Assembly (NCBI GenBank): GCA_963770755.1 | Contig: CAVYQZ010000006.1 | Location: 91,480 to 155,479 of the forward strand | Length of the DNA stretch: 64,000 nt | Direction: 5' to 3' | Source of the DNA: Candidatus Aminicenantes bacterium | GTDB lineage: Bacteria > Acidobacteriota > Aminicenantia > UBA2199 | Part shown: piece after piece, positions 1 through 7,677 of the stretch | How positions within the stretch are numbered: position 1 is the first letter of the stretch | How the letters are laid out: each line of letters starts with the position of its first letter | Program-made: the position numbers and the translations under genes | Notes under the pieces: model-generated | Database searches by the model: none | What the model was told of the DNA's origin: nothing | What the model saw: only the letters and a program-made list of their open reading frames with translations

Positions 1-129
1 ATGCAAGTAGCCGTTGGGTTCGGGAGGAAATCGGGTATGGACCCGGCCGGCGTTCTTATTGGCCTTGAGATCATTCTGGATGATGTTGCGGATAAAATTC
101 AAACCCGGTGTAAAATCTTCTGCGGCCAT
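1..129 (-). CDS. glnS: glutaminyl-tRNA synthetase, N-terminal 43 codons only (gene continues beyond left edge)
   Basis: RC translation from ATG 129-127 reads [43 protein letters not shown]. This is the NFIR..I..DL and [12 protein letters not shown] class-I HIGH region typical of GlnRS. Absent from the ORF track because it is truncated. Confidence 0.75.
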   Translation of the reverse strand, partial: MAAEDFTPGLNFIRNIIQNDLKANKNAGRVHTRFPPEPNGYLH

Positions 130-152
130 CGGCACCTCTTAGTAACTTAAAG

Positions 153-185
153 CAAATTATCTTGGTAAAAAAACAAGATAATTTG
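153..185. repeat. 12-bp perfect inverted repeat CAAATTATCTTG-N9-CAAGATAATTTG in the gltX-glnS spacer (hairpin, function unknown)
   Basis: Read directly: 153-164 pairs with 174-185. It lies between the gltX stop (254) and the glnS ATG (129). Confidence 0.5.
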
Positions 186-253
186 TTTTCTAAGGTACTT
201 ATCCTGCGCAGCAGGGTTATTTTTATTTTCCATCACAAAACAATTCGAGCGTC

Positions 254-1765
254 TCACAGCCCGTTTTCACCGGTGTTGGCCGCGATCCATTTCAGCGCAG
301 CCTGCAGGCGGCGCAGCACGGTGTCCCGGCCCAGCAGCTCCAGCATCTCGTACAAACCCGGGCCGAAACTGACGCCGCTGACCGCCAGCCGCGTCGGGTG
401 GATCAGCTTGCCGGTCGACAAACCCAGTTCGTCGGCCAGGCGTTGGTAGAGATTTTCCAAGGCGTCGTGATCGAAGGGATCAAGGTCGGCCATTTTCGCG
501 GCCAGATTTTTTAATATCGCCGCGCTTTCGGCCTTGAAATATTTCCTGGCTGCCTGACCCTCATATTCGCCGGGGTCCAGATAAAAATAGCGCCCTTTCT
601 CGGCTATCTCACTGATCTTCTTGCTGCGTTCCTTGAAAAGGCCGATTACTTTCCGGGCGTACATTTCATCGTCGGGTCCCTTCCCGATCCGGATACCCGA
701 TTGTTCCCAGATGGACATCACTTCGGGCAACAAGGTGTCATTGTCCAGCTGCTGCAAATAGTGTCCGTTCATCCATTCAAGCTTGGTTTCGTCAAAGACC
801 GCACTTTTCGGGGAAACACGCTCCAATGAAAAGGCGGCGATCATTTCATCCAGGGCCATGAGCTCACGGTCGGCTCCGGGCGCCCAACCCAGCAGGGCCA
901 GGAAATTGACCAACGCCTGGGGCAGGATGCCGTTGCGCTGGTAATCCAGGACCGAGGCCGCCCCGCGGCGCTTGGACAGCTTGCCGCCATCGGCGGCCAA
1001 TATGACCGGCATGTGGGCAAACAAGGGCGGCTGCCAGCCGAAGGCCTCATAGATCAGGATATGCTTGGGAGTGGAAGCGATCCACTCGTCGCCGCGCAGC
1101 ACGTGACTGATGCCCATCAGGTGGTCGTCGACCACGTTGGCCAGGTGGTAGGTCGGAAAGCCGTCCGACTTGAGCAGGACCAGGTCGTCGAGCTGGGCGC
1201 TCTGGGTGGTGATGTCCCCGCGGATCATGTCGTGGAACGCCACGTCGCGGTTGTCGGGGACCTTGAGTCGGACCACGTGGGGCGTGCCGGCGGCCAGCAG
1301 TGCGGTTGTTTCAGCGCTTGTCAGAGAACGGCAATGGCGGTCATAGCCGGAGCCCTGTGCCATCCTGGCTTTTTCCTGCTCGGCGCGCATCTGCGCCAGC
1401 CGTTCTTCACTGCAAAAACAACGGTATGCCTTGTCTTCGGCCAGCAGCTGCGAGCCATGGCTGCGGTAGAGTTCGGTCCTTTGGGATTGAAAGTAGGGCC
1501 CGCGTTCGCCGCCGGCTTCGGGGCCTTCGTCCCATTGCAGGCCCAACCATTTCAAGCTGCTGAAGATTTCCGTCAGCGCTTCGGGTTGGAATCTTTTTTG
1601 ATCGGTGTCTTCGATGCGCAGGATGAAAACGCCGCGGTGATGGCGGGCGAATAAGTAATTGAACAGCGCCGTGCGGGCGCCGCCGACATGCAGGTAGCCG
1701 GTGGGCGAGGGGGCGAAACGTACTACGGGAGCGATTGTCTTGTCGGAATTGGCCATAATCATCAT
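254..1765 (-). CDS. gltX: glutamyl-tRNA synthetase
   Basis: 503-aa ORF with the HIGH region APSPTGYLHVGGARTALFN and the KMSKS-type loop KLSKRRG. An alternative start at ATG 1756 (MANSDK...) fits a leaderless transcript. Confidence 0.95.
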   Translation of the reverse strand: MMIMANSDKTIAPVVRFAPSPTGYLHVGGARTALFNYLFARHHRGVFILRIEDTDQKRFQPEALTEIFSSLKWLGLQWDEGPEAGGERGPYFQSQRTELYRSHGSQLLAEDKAYRCFCSEERLAQMRAEQEKARMAQGSGYDRHCRSLTSAETTALLAAGTPHVVRLKVPDNRDVAFHDMIRGDITTQSAQLDDLVLLKSDGFPTYHLANVVDDHLMGISHVLRGDEWIASTPKHILIYEAFGWQPPLFAHMPVILAADGGKLSKRRGAASVLDYQRNGILPQALVNFLALLGWAPGADRELMALDEMIAAFSLERVSPKSAVFDETKLEWMNGHYLQQLDNDTLLPEVMSIWEQSGIRIGKGPDDEMYARKVIGLFKERSKKISEIAEKGRYFYLDPGEYEGQAARKYFKAESAAILKNLAAKMADLDPFDHDALENLYQRLADELGLSTGKLIHPTRLAVSGVSFGPGLYEMLELLGRDTVLRRLQAALKWIAANTGENGL

Positions 1766-1793
1766 TTTTACATCAATTGGCCGCGCATGTCAA
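1765..1793 (-). promoter_or_regulatory. sigma70-like promoter of gltX (TTGACA-17-TAAAAA)
   Basis: On the minus strand, TTGACA at 1793-1788, a 17-nt spacer and TAAAAA at 1770-1765. ATG 1756 follows 8 nt later with no SD. Confidence 0.5.
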
Positions 1794-1877
1794 CGTCAGG
1801 CACGATCAGGATTCAAGATAAACAAGGCGCCACTTGAAAAACACTCCGTCTTATATTAGAATTATGGCGTGGATAAA

Positions 1878-2117
1878 ATGATTGAAATCGAATGCCCGGT
1901 CTGCCACGCCAGTTTGTGGGTGGACGCGGAAAAAAAGACGGTGGTGCAGCACAAAAGGAGCGAAAAAAAACAGCTTTCCTCCTTCGAAGAACTGCTGACC
2001 AGGGAAAAACAGAAAAAAGAGGCGGTGGATGAACGCTTCTCCCAGGCCCAATCTTTGGAAAAGGCCAAAAAGAAAAAAGCGGCTGAATTCTTTGAACAAA
2101 CCATCAAGGAAAAATAA
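1878..2117 (+). CDS. small zinc-ribbon / lysine-rich coiled-coil protein, unknown function
   Basis: ORF 1869-2117; the first ATG at 1878 gives MIEIECPVCHASLWVD... followed by a K/E-rich tail. Confidence 0.5.
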   Translation: MIEIECPVCHASLWVDAEKKTVVQHKRSEKKQLSSFEELLTREKQKKEAVDERFSQAQSLEKAKKKKAAEFFEQTIKEK

Positions 2118-2137
2118 AAGGTAAGCAGGAGAGAAAA

Positions 2138-2440
2138 ATGGATTTTAGCGAATTAAAAAAAACTATCCAGAAACAGGGGGCCATTAACGAACCCGATTTC
2201 ATCAAAGACAACCCCGATGCCCTGAACATCGGCTACATGGAGTTGAACCCCACCCAAAAGCTCATTTTTTCCCTTTCGACCTTCAAAGGCAAAAAATATT
2301 TCAGCGTCCGCAACTGGTACCAGGCCGAATCGGGCGAGTGGGCGCCGACGAAAAAGGGCGTCAACCTGTCCTTCGACAAGTTCGCCGATTTCGAAAACAT
2401 GGTTAAACTTTTCGCCCAGGCCATCGAACTGGATAAATAA
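2138..2440 (+). CDS. PC4/p15-like single-stranded DNA-binding protein (YdbC-like)
   Basis: 100 aa. FKGKKYFSVRNWYQAESGEWAPTKKGVNLSFDKF matches the PC4 core pattern (R.W....G.W.PTKKG..L). SD GGAGAG lies upstream. Confidence 0.6.
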   Translation: MDFSELKKTIQKQGAINEPDFIKDNPDALNIGYMELNPTQKLIFSLSTFKGKKYFSVRNWYQAESGEWAPTKKGVNLSFDKFADFENMVKLFAQAIELDK

Positions 2441-2482
2441 GCCCGGCATTTACTCAGGTCACGCGTGCCTTTGAAAAGGCCC

Positions 2483-4000
2483 ATGCCCAAACAAACAGGT
2501 TTTGACAACGAAAAATATCTGCGCGAGCAGACGGCCGCCATCCTCGAACGGGTCCAATTCTTCAACAACAAGCTCTACCTGGAGTTCGGCGGCAAGTTGC
2601 TTTACGATTATCACGCTTCCAGGGTATTGCCCGGTTTCGACCCCAACGTCAAGATGCGCCTGCTGCAGCAACTCGGGGACCAGACAGACGTGATCCTTTG
2701 CATATACGCCGGCGACATCGAAAGGAAAAAAATCCGCGCCGATTTCGGCATCACCTATGACGCCGACGCCCTGAAACTGATCGACGACCTGGCGGAGTGG
2801 GACATCGCGCTGCGCGCGGTGGTGATTACTCGTTTTGAAAACCAGTTCGCCGCCCGGGTCTTCAAAAACAAGCTCGAACGCCGCGGAGTAAAAGTCTACA
2901 CCCACCGCTTTACCAAGGGATACCCGACCGAGATCGATACCATCGTCAGCAGCGAAGGCTACGGGGCCAATGAATACATTGAGACCGAAAAACCCATCGT
3001 CGTGGTCACCGGTCCCGGACCGGGCAGCGGCAAGCTGGCCACCTGCCTGTCGCAGCTGTACCATGACCACCGGCGCGGCAGCCACTCGGGTTACGCCAAG
3101 TTTGAAACGTTCCCGATCTGGAACCTGCCGCTCAACCATCCGGTCAACATTGCTTACGAGGCGGCCACGGCCGATTTGAAGGACATCAATCTCATCGACC
3201 ACTACCACCTCGAGGCCCACAATGTCAAGGCCGTCAACTACAACCGCGACATCGAGGCCTTTCCACTGGTCCGGCGCATCCTGGAAAAGATTACCGAGAA
3301 CCAGCTCATCTACCATTCACCCACCGACATGGGGGTCAACCGCGCCGGCTTCGGCATCAGCGACGACGCCGTGGTCCGGGTCGCGGCCACCCAGGAGATC
3401 ATCCGCCGCTATTTCCGCAGCCGCTGCGAATTCGCCATGGGCCTGGTCGACAAGGACACGGTGGAGCGCCTGCGGCTGCTAATGGAAAATTTGCAGGTGA
3501 ACGAGGAGAGCCGCAGCGTGGTCGCACCGGCGCGCCAGGCGGCCCTGGACGCCCAGGTCTGCGGCAAGGGCCATGCCGGCATATTCTGCGGCGCGGCCAT
3601 CGAACTCCGTGACGGCACCATCATCACCGGCAAGAACTCGCCCTTGCTGCATGCCTCATCCAGCCTGGTGCTGAACGCCGCCAAGCATTTGGCCGGCATT
3701 CCGGACGGCATGCACCTGATGCCGCCCAGCATCACCGAGTCGCTGGGCCGCTTGAAAAAGGAAATCCTGCAGGGCAAAGAGGTCAGCTTGAACCTGGATG
3801 AGACGCTGATCGCCCTGGGCATCAGCGCCAGCGGCAACCCGGCCGCCCAGATCGCGGTCGAAAAGCTCCCGGAACTGCGCGGCTGCGAAGTGCACATGAC
3901 GCACATGCCCACAGCGGGGGACGAAGCCGGCCTGCGCAAGCTGGGGGTCAACCTGACGTCAGACCCCGGTTACTCCAGCCACTCGTTGTTCACTGGTTAG
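2483..4000 (+). CDS. UPF0371/DUF1846 family protein
   Basis: N-terminus GFDNEKYLREQTAAILERV..KLYLEFGGKLLYDYHASRVLPGFDP is the signature start of the UPF0371 family. ATG 2483 is preferred over GTG 2465. Confidence 0.8.
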   Translation: MPKQTGFDNEKYLREQTAAILERVQFFNNKLYLEFGGKLLYDYHASRVLPGFDPNVKMRLLQQLGDQTDVILCIYAGDIERKKIRADFGITYDADALKLIDDLAEWDIALRAVVITRFENQFAARVFKNKLERRGVKVYTHRFTKGYPTEIDTIVSSEGYGANEYIETEKPIVVVTGPGPGSGKLATCLSQLYHDHRRGSHSGYAKFETFPIWNLPLNHPVNIAYEAATADLKDINLIDHYHLEAHNVKAVNYNRDIEAFPLVRRILEKITENQLIYHSPTDMGVNRAGFGISDDAVVRVAATQEIIRRYFRSRCEFAMGLVDKDTVERLRLLMENLQVNEESRSVVAPARQAALDAQVCGKGHAGIFCGAAIELRDGTIITGKNSPLLHASSSLVLNAAKHLAGIPDGMHLMPPSITESLGRLKKEILQGKEVSLNLDETLIALGISASGNPAAQIAVEKLPELRGCEVHMTHMPTAGDEAGLRKLGVNLTSDPGYSSHSLFTG

Positions 4001-4009
4001 CGGCCGGTT

Positions 4010-4693
4010 TCAGATTTGTTTGGAGTCGCCCGCGGGATTTTCCGCGAAAGCCGATTTTTCCCGGATCACCTTGGCGTTGCGAATCTCCCCCTTGACGCCG
4101 GCATCCTTGCCGATGTAGACCTCGACCTTGTTTCTCGGGTCGCGGACTTCGATGTTGCCTTCGACAACGGAGCCGTCCTCGACGCGGATCGTGATGGGGC
4201 GGCTGCTGGAAAAATGGCCACGCCGGCCCTTGATGATGATGTTGCCGTGAACCACGCTTTGGGCCAGCAGTTTGATATTGCCGTTGACCGTGCTCAGGTT
4301 TTCATCCACTTCGCTGTTTTTCAGTTCGATGCGCCCGTTGACCGTGGATAGCCGGCCGTGGACCTTGCTGCCGCCGGCGCAGATGATCGAGCCGTTGACC
4401 GTAGCGGCGCTGCCGTCGACAGTGACATTGGCGCCGAGGTGGATGCCGCCATTGACCGTGTCCAGACCGCGCACGTGCGCATCATCGCCCACGTGGATGC
4501 TGCCGTTGACGGTCCGGCAGTTGCCTTCGACCTGGCTGCGTGAACCCACGTTAATGTTGCCGTTGACCGAAGTCTGGCCGTGGCTGCGCTCACCTTCGCG
4601 GATATGGACGCTGCGGTTGACGTTCATGTCGCAGCCATGGAACAGGACCGCGGCCAGTCCGAAAACCAGCAAAAAAGATCTTTGTCTATTCAT
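4010..4693 (-). CDS. repeat-containing lipoprotein (about nine T/S-V-N-G-x-I beta-helix-like units)
   Basis: Signal peptide with lipobox LFHGC and SD GAGGAA before ATG 4693. The plus strand shows the core GCC(G/A)TTGAC(C/G)G at 4280, 4334, 4391, 4448, 4502 and 4559, a period of 54-57 nt. Confidence 0.65.
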   Translation of the reverse strand: MNRQRSFLLVFGLAAVLFHGCDMNVNRSVHIREGERSHGQTSVNGNINVGSRSQVEGNCRTVNGSIHVGDDAHVRGLDTVNGGIHLGANVTVDGSAATVNGSIICAGGSKVHGRLSTVNGRIELKNSEVDENLSTVNGNIKLLAQSVVHGNIIIKGRRGHFSSSRPITIRVEDGSVVEGNIEVRDPRNKVEVYIGKDAGVKGEIRNAKVIREKSAFAENPAGDSKQI

Positions 4694-4876
4694 GGTGTTC
4701 CTCACTTGCTGTCTATTTAACGAAAATGGCTTGAAAAAGGTTCTGTTTTATTAAATATCCACTTGCACCTGAAATGAAAAAGCACTCCCGCCTGGACATT
4801 TTACCTTGCTTCCTTTACACTTTTCGCAGGGCAATAAAAAATGCTGCCCGGGGGACTTTCACCCAAGGAGCCCTGG

Positions 4877-5373
4877 ATGAAACGGTGCGCGTTCTTGCTG
4901 ATTTCCTTGAACTTTTTCCTGTCCACGGCCGCCGCACCCTGCGAAAACTTGGATTCCTGGGCCCAAGCCCAATTGGAGAAGTTGCTGAAAGCCGCGGAGC
5001 AGGGCCGGGAGCAATACCACGAAACATTTCAGCAAACCGAGGTTGACTATTTTTTCAGGTTAAGGGAGCTCCCGGAAAACCTTTTAAAAGAATTTCAGGA
5101 AAAAGAAAGCAGTGGAGTTCCCGCGTTGTTTCTTGAAGTGGGCAGGATTTTATGGCCTGTTGCGCTGCCTGAAAACTATGATGGCTGCGGTTTTATACCC
5201 CGTGCGGACACATCCTCGCCAGCCTGAACGAAACCTTGTTTGAAAAGCACGCCAGAAAAAAGGAAAGAATCCTTTTCCGTGACTGGCAGAGATGTTTGCG
5301 GGAAATATATCGGGATGAACTCCCGGCAGTCGCCGTCACCTTTGCCAAAATCTACGAGGCTTTTCTTAAATAA
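4877..5373 (+). pseudogene. secreted protein gene interrupted by a -1 frameshift at a T4 run (5191-5194)
   Basis: AAGGAG SD followed by ATG 4877 (MKRCAFLLISLNFFLSTAAAP...). This frame stops at 5227. The next frame reads YTPCGHILASLNETLFEKHARKKERILFRDWQRCLREIYRDELPAVAVTFAKIYEAFLK up to TAA 5371-5373. One extra T would join the two frames. Confidence 0.55.
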
Positions 5374-5464
5374 GTGCAAACGGCCTTTTTCCTCATCGGA
5401 GCCGGGCGGCGGGTTGATAAATGATCCTCTATAGGCTATAAAAGATACCATCCGAGGAGGGGGC

Positions 5465-5746
5465 ATGGAAAAAAGCGTCTGGAGATTGAAGGGCCTGTTC
5501 CTGATCACAGCCATTTTGATGTCGGCGCCGGCCCTTGCGGGCATGGGCCGGAATGGCGGAGAGCAAAAAACGATTCTCGGCCAAATCGACAAGGGCTTCC
5601 TGGCCAACCCGTGGGGGACGAAGATCAATGAGCTTGTCGATGGCTCTTCGTTGATCACAGATCCCGCGCAGAGGGCGAGCACAAAAAAATTAACGTGTAC
5701 CTATGCTCACCAGCAAGGACCTGAAAAAGCGCTTAAAAGTTGCTGA
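5465..5746 (+). CDS. small secreted protein, unknown function
   Basis: SD GAGGAGGGGG, ATG 5465, signal peptide LFLITAILMSAPALA. The 3' end is uncertain: an A7 run at 5683-5689 precedes a 40-nt overlap with the convergent gene. Confidence 0.45.
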   Translation: MEKSVWRLKGLFLITAILMSAPALAGMGRNGGEQKTILGQIDKGFLANPWGTKINELVDGSSLITDPAQRASTKKLTCTYAHQQGPEKALKSC

Positions 5747-6646
5747 AACTCGCGCAGTTTTTCGTCAGCAGGGTTTTCGGCGATCAACCCGGCCAATATC
5801 TCCAGATCTTTTTCCACGGAGATATCGGGAACAAATTCCACGTCCAGGTCAAATTCGGGCTCGAAATCGGTAAATGTCCAGACCAGTTGGCTAATGCCAT
5901 CCCGCCGCACGACTTCGCAATTTTTGCGGGGCGAAATGACCCTGAGCGCCGCGGCGCCCAGGGCCGGCGAATAGACCCGGACCACGGCTTTCCCTATCGT
6001 CCCCTTCCAATCGCTGCCGGTGTGGAGAATGTAGCCGCTGCTGCAAGTGCAGATTTCGGCAAAATAGTCGGCCGCACTGGGTCCGAAACGTGAACGATTT
6101 TCGGTAATATAATTGGCCAAAATATTATAGGTCGTCAATTGCTCATACTGATGCTTCGCGGTTTTTACGCGGTTCCACCCAGTAGCTGAGGTGCACTTGC
6201 GTCTCCTGTTGGGGCGGAAATTCCATTTTCCACAACAGCCAGTGGGTCTCCTTGGTCTTGCTGTAGCCGTGCATTCTGTATTTTTTAGCGTTGTGATCCC
6301 GATAGATCTCCGCCGCAGGCCGGCGATCTCCACAACAATGTCCTGCACCTCATTGGCGTAGCTGGTCGGGAAGCCTACTTCCAGCTGCACTTTTTTTTTG
6401 GACTGGTTCAAAAAGACAAAATCGCAGCTGAAATCAACGCGTTCTCCGCTCGCTCAGAATGACCTGCACCTCTTCGGAAACCATGCGCACCTGCCTGCCC
6501 TTTTTTTTGACCGGGTTGAACCCTTTTTGCAAAGGCTCGAGCGCGATGTCGGCATACGTGACGGCTGCCAGGAATACAAAAAGCGCCAGGAAGCAGGATC
6601 TTTTTTCGTGACACACAATCGATGAAAAACCGTTGCTACCGATCAT
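5707..6646 (-). pseudogene. secreted protein gene (family not confidently recognised) broken by three frameshifts
   Basis: Signal peptide ORF 6646-6434 (..LAAVTYADIALEPLQKGF..VQVILSE) continues as RVDFSCDFVFLNQSKKKVQLEVGFPTSYANEVQDIVVEIAG in a second frame. It continues as PAAEIYRDHNAKKYRMHGYSKTKETHWLLWKMEFPPQQETQVHLSYWVEPRK in a third frame. It then returns to the frame reading AKHQYEQLTTYNILANYITEN... up to the stop at 5707. The shifts lie near 6440-6446, 6317-6323 and the T5 run 6162-6166. Confidence 0.6.
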
Positions 6647-6769
6647 TTTTTTCTCCCGGCGCGCCTTGTTAAAAAAATTCTATCCGGAAGCGCTGAGTTT
6701 GTCAAACCTTGCGGCGCACTCTTTAAAAAACAAAACGTTTCAGCTATAATTAAAGGCCGGGAGGGGACA

Positions 6770-7102
6770 ATGGCGGATAACATGGTCATGGCAGCGCTTC
6801 TGACCATCGCGCTGGAGGTGGCGGTGGCCGTTCTGCTGGGATTTAAAAGCAAAAAGACGATCCTGGCCGTAATTTTTCTGAACCTTCTAAGCGGACCGCT
6901 GCTGAACTTTCTCTTTGCGCTGAGCGACCTGGCCGCTTTCATCGCGGAAAACCCGGTGTTGAAGATCGCGCTGCTGCTGCTGATCATCGTTGCGGAATGG
7001 CTGCTGCTGGTGTTCATCCTGCGGGACAGCAGGAAAAAATTGCTGCGGCTCTCCGTGCTGATGAACCTATGCTCCTTTGCGGCCGTCATGCTGGTCTTTT
7101 GA
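6770..7102 (+). CDS. small integral membrane protein (3-4 hydrophobic helices)
   Basis: SD GGGAGGGG, ATG 6770, 110 aa, almost entirely hydrophobic segments. Confidence 0.6.
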   Translation: MADNMVMAALLTIALEVAVAVLLGFKSKKTILAVIFLNLLSGPLLNFLFALSDLAAFIAENPVLKIALLLLIIVAEWLLLVFILRDSRKKLLRLSVLMNLCSFAAVMLVF

Positions 7103-7161
7103 GACCGCCAGGCGGCGCATCCCGCCTGCCGGTTGCCCCTGACGGCAAGGAGAAAACTGCA

Positions 7162-7346
7162 ATGAAAAATCGCCTGTCGCATTCATGTTAATGGCAATAG
7201 TCGCCACCATGCTTTGCGCAACCGATACGCGCCGGGAATGCGGCATTGCCGGCAACGAGTGGGGCAACGCGTCGCTGACCTTCGGCCTGGCCGGGACCAT
7301 GATCGCAGCAAAAGAAAGATCCGTGATGACAGGTAACGGCAGATGA
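7162..7346 (+). pseudogene. small lipoprotein gene with a probable 1-nt deletion in an A5 run (7165-7169)
   Basis: AAGGAG SD sits 8 nt before ATG 7162, but that frame stops after 9 codons. Frame 0 from 7185 reads MLMAIVATMLCATDTRRECGIAGNEWGNASLTFGLAGTMIAAKERSVMTGNGR. One extra A gives MKKSPVAFMLMAIVATMLCA..., a textbook lipoprotein signal. The stop overlaps the next ATG (ATGA 7343-7346). Confidence 0.45.
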
Positions 7347-7654
7347 ACTTGGTTGCTGTGCCAACGCCATTTCCCTGGAAAACAACATACAATACCTTTT
7401 ACGATGTAGAGTTGACCAGTTCGACCCTTGACTATTTTAAAGAGAGTCTGCTGCAGATTGAAAATGAGCGCCTGGGTTTGCTCATCGATCTTGGCTGGTA
7501 TCCCGAATTCGACATCTCTGGCCGCTTCACTCTGTTGCTGATCAAAGACCGCAACTGGCAGAAGCCTTTGTTGCTGTTTGAATCTCAATGCAAAAAAGAG
7601 ATGATCGAAAAGATCAAAGAAATACTGCAAGGAAAAATTCTTTTAAAATTGTAA
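7343..7654 (+). CDS. hypothetical cytoplasmic protein, translationally coupled to the small lipoprotein ORF
   Basis: 103-aa ORF with an ATGA overlap to the upstream ORF. Lower GC than the flanks. No motif recognised. Confidence 0.5.
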   Translation: MNLVAVPTPFPWKTTYNTFYDVELTSSTLDYFKESLLQIENERLGLLIDLGWYPEFDISGRFTLLLIKDRNWQKPLLLFESQCKKEMIEKIKEILQGKILLKL

Positions 7655-7677
7655 TCCAAAAATCTTCCGCCGCGCCT

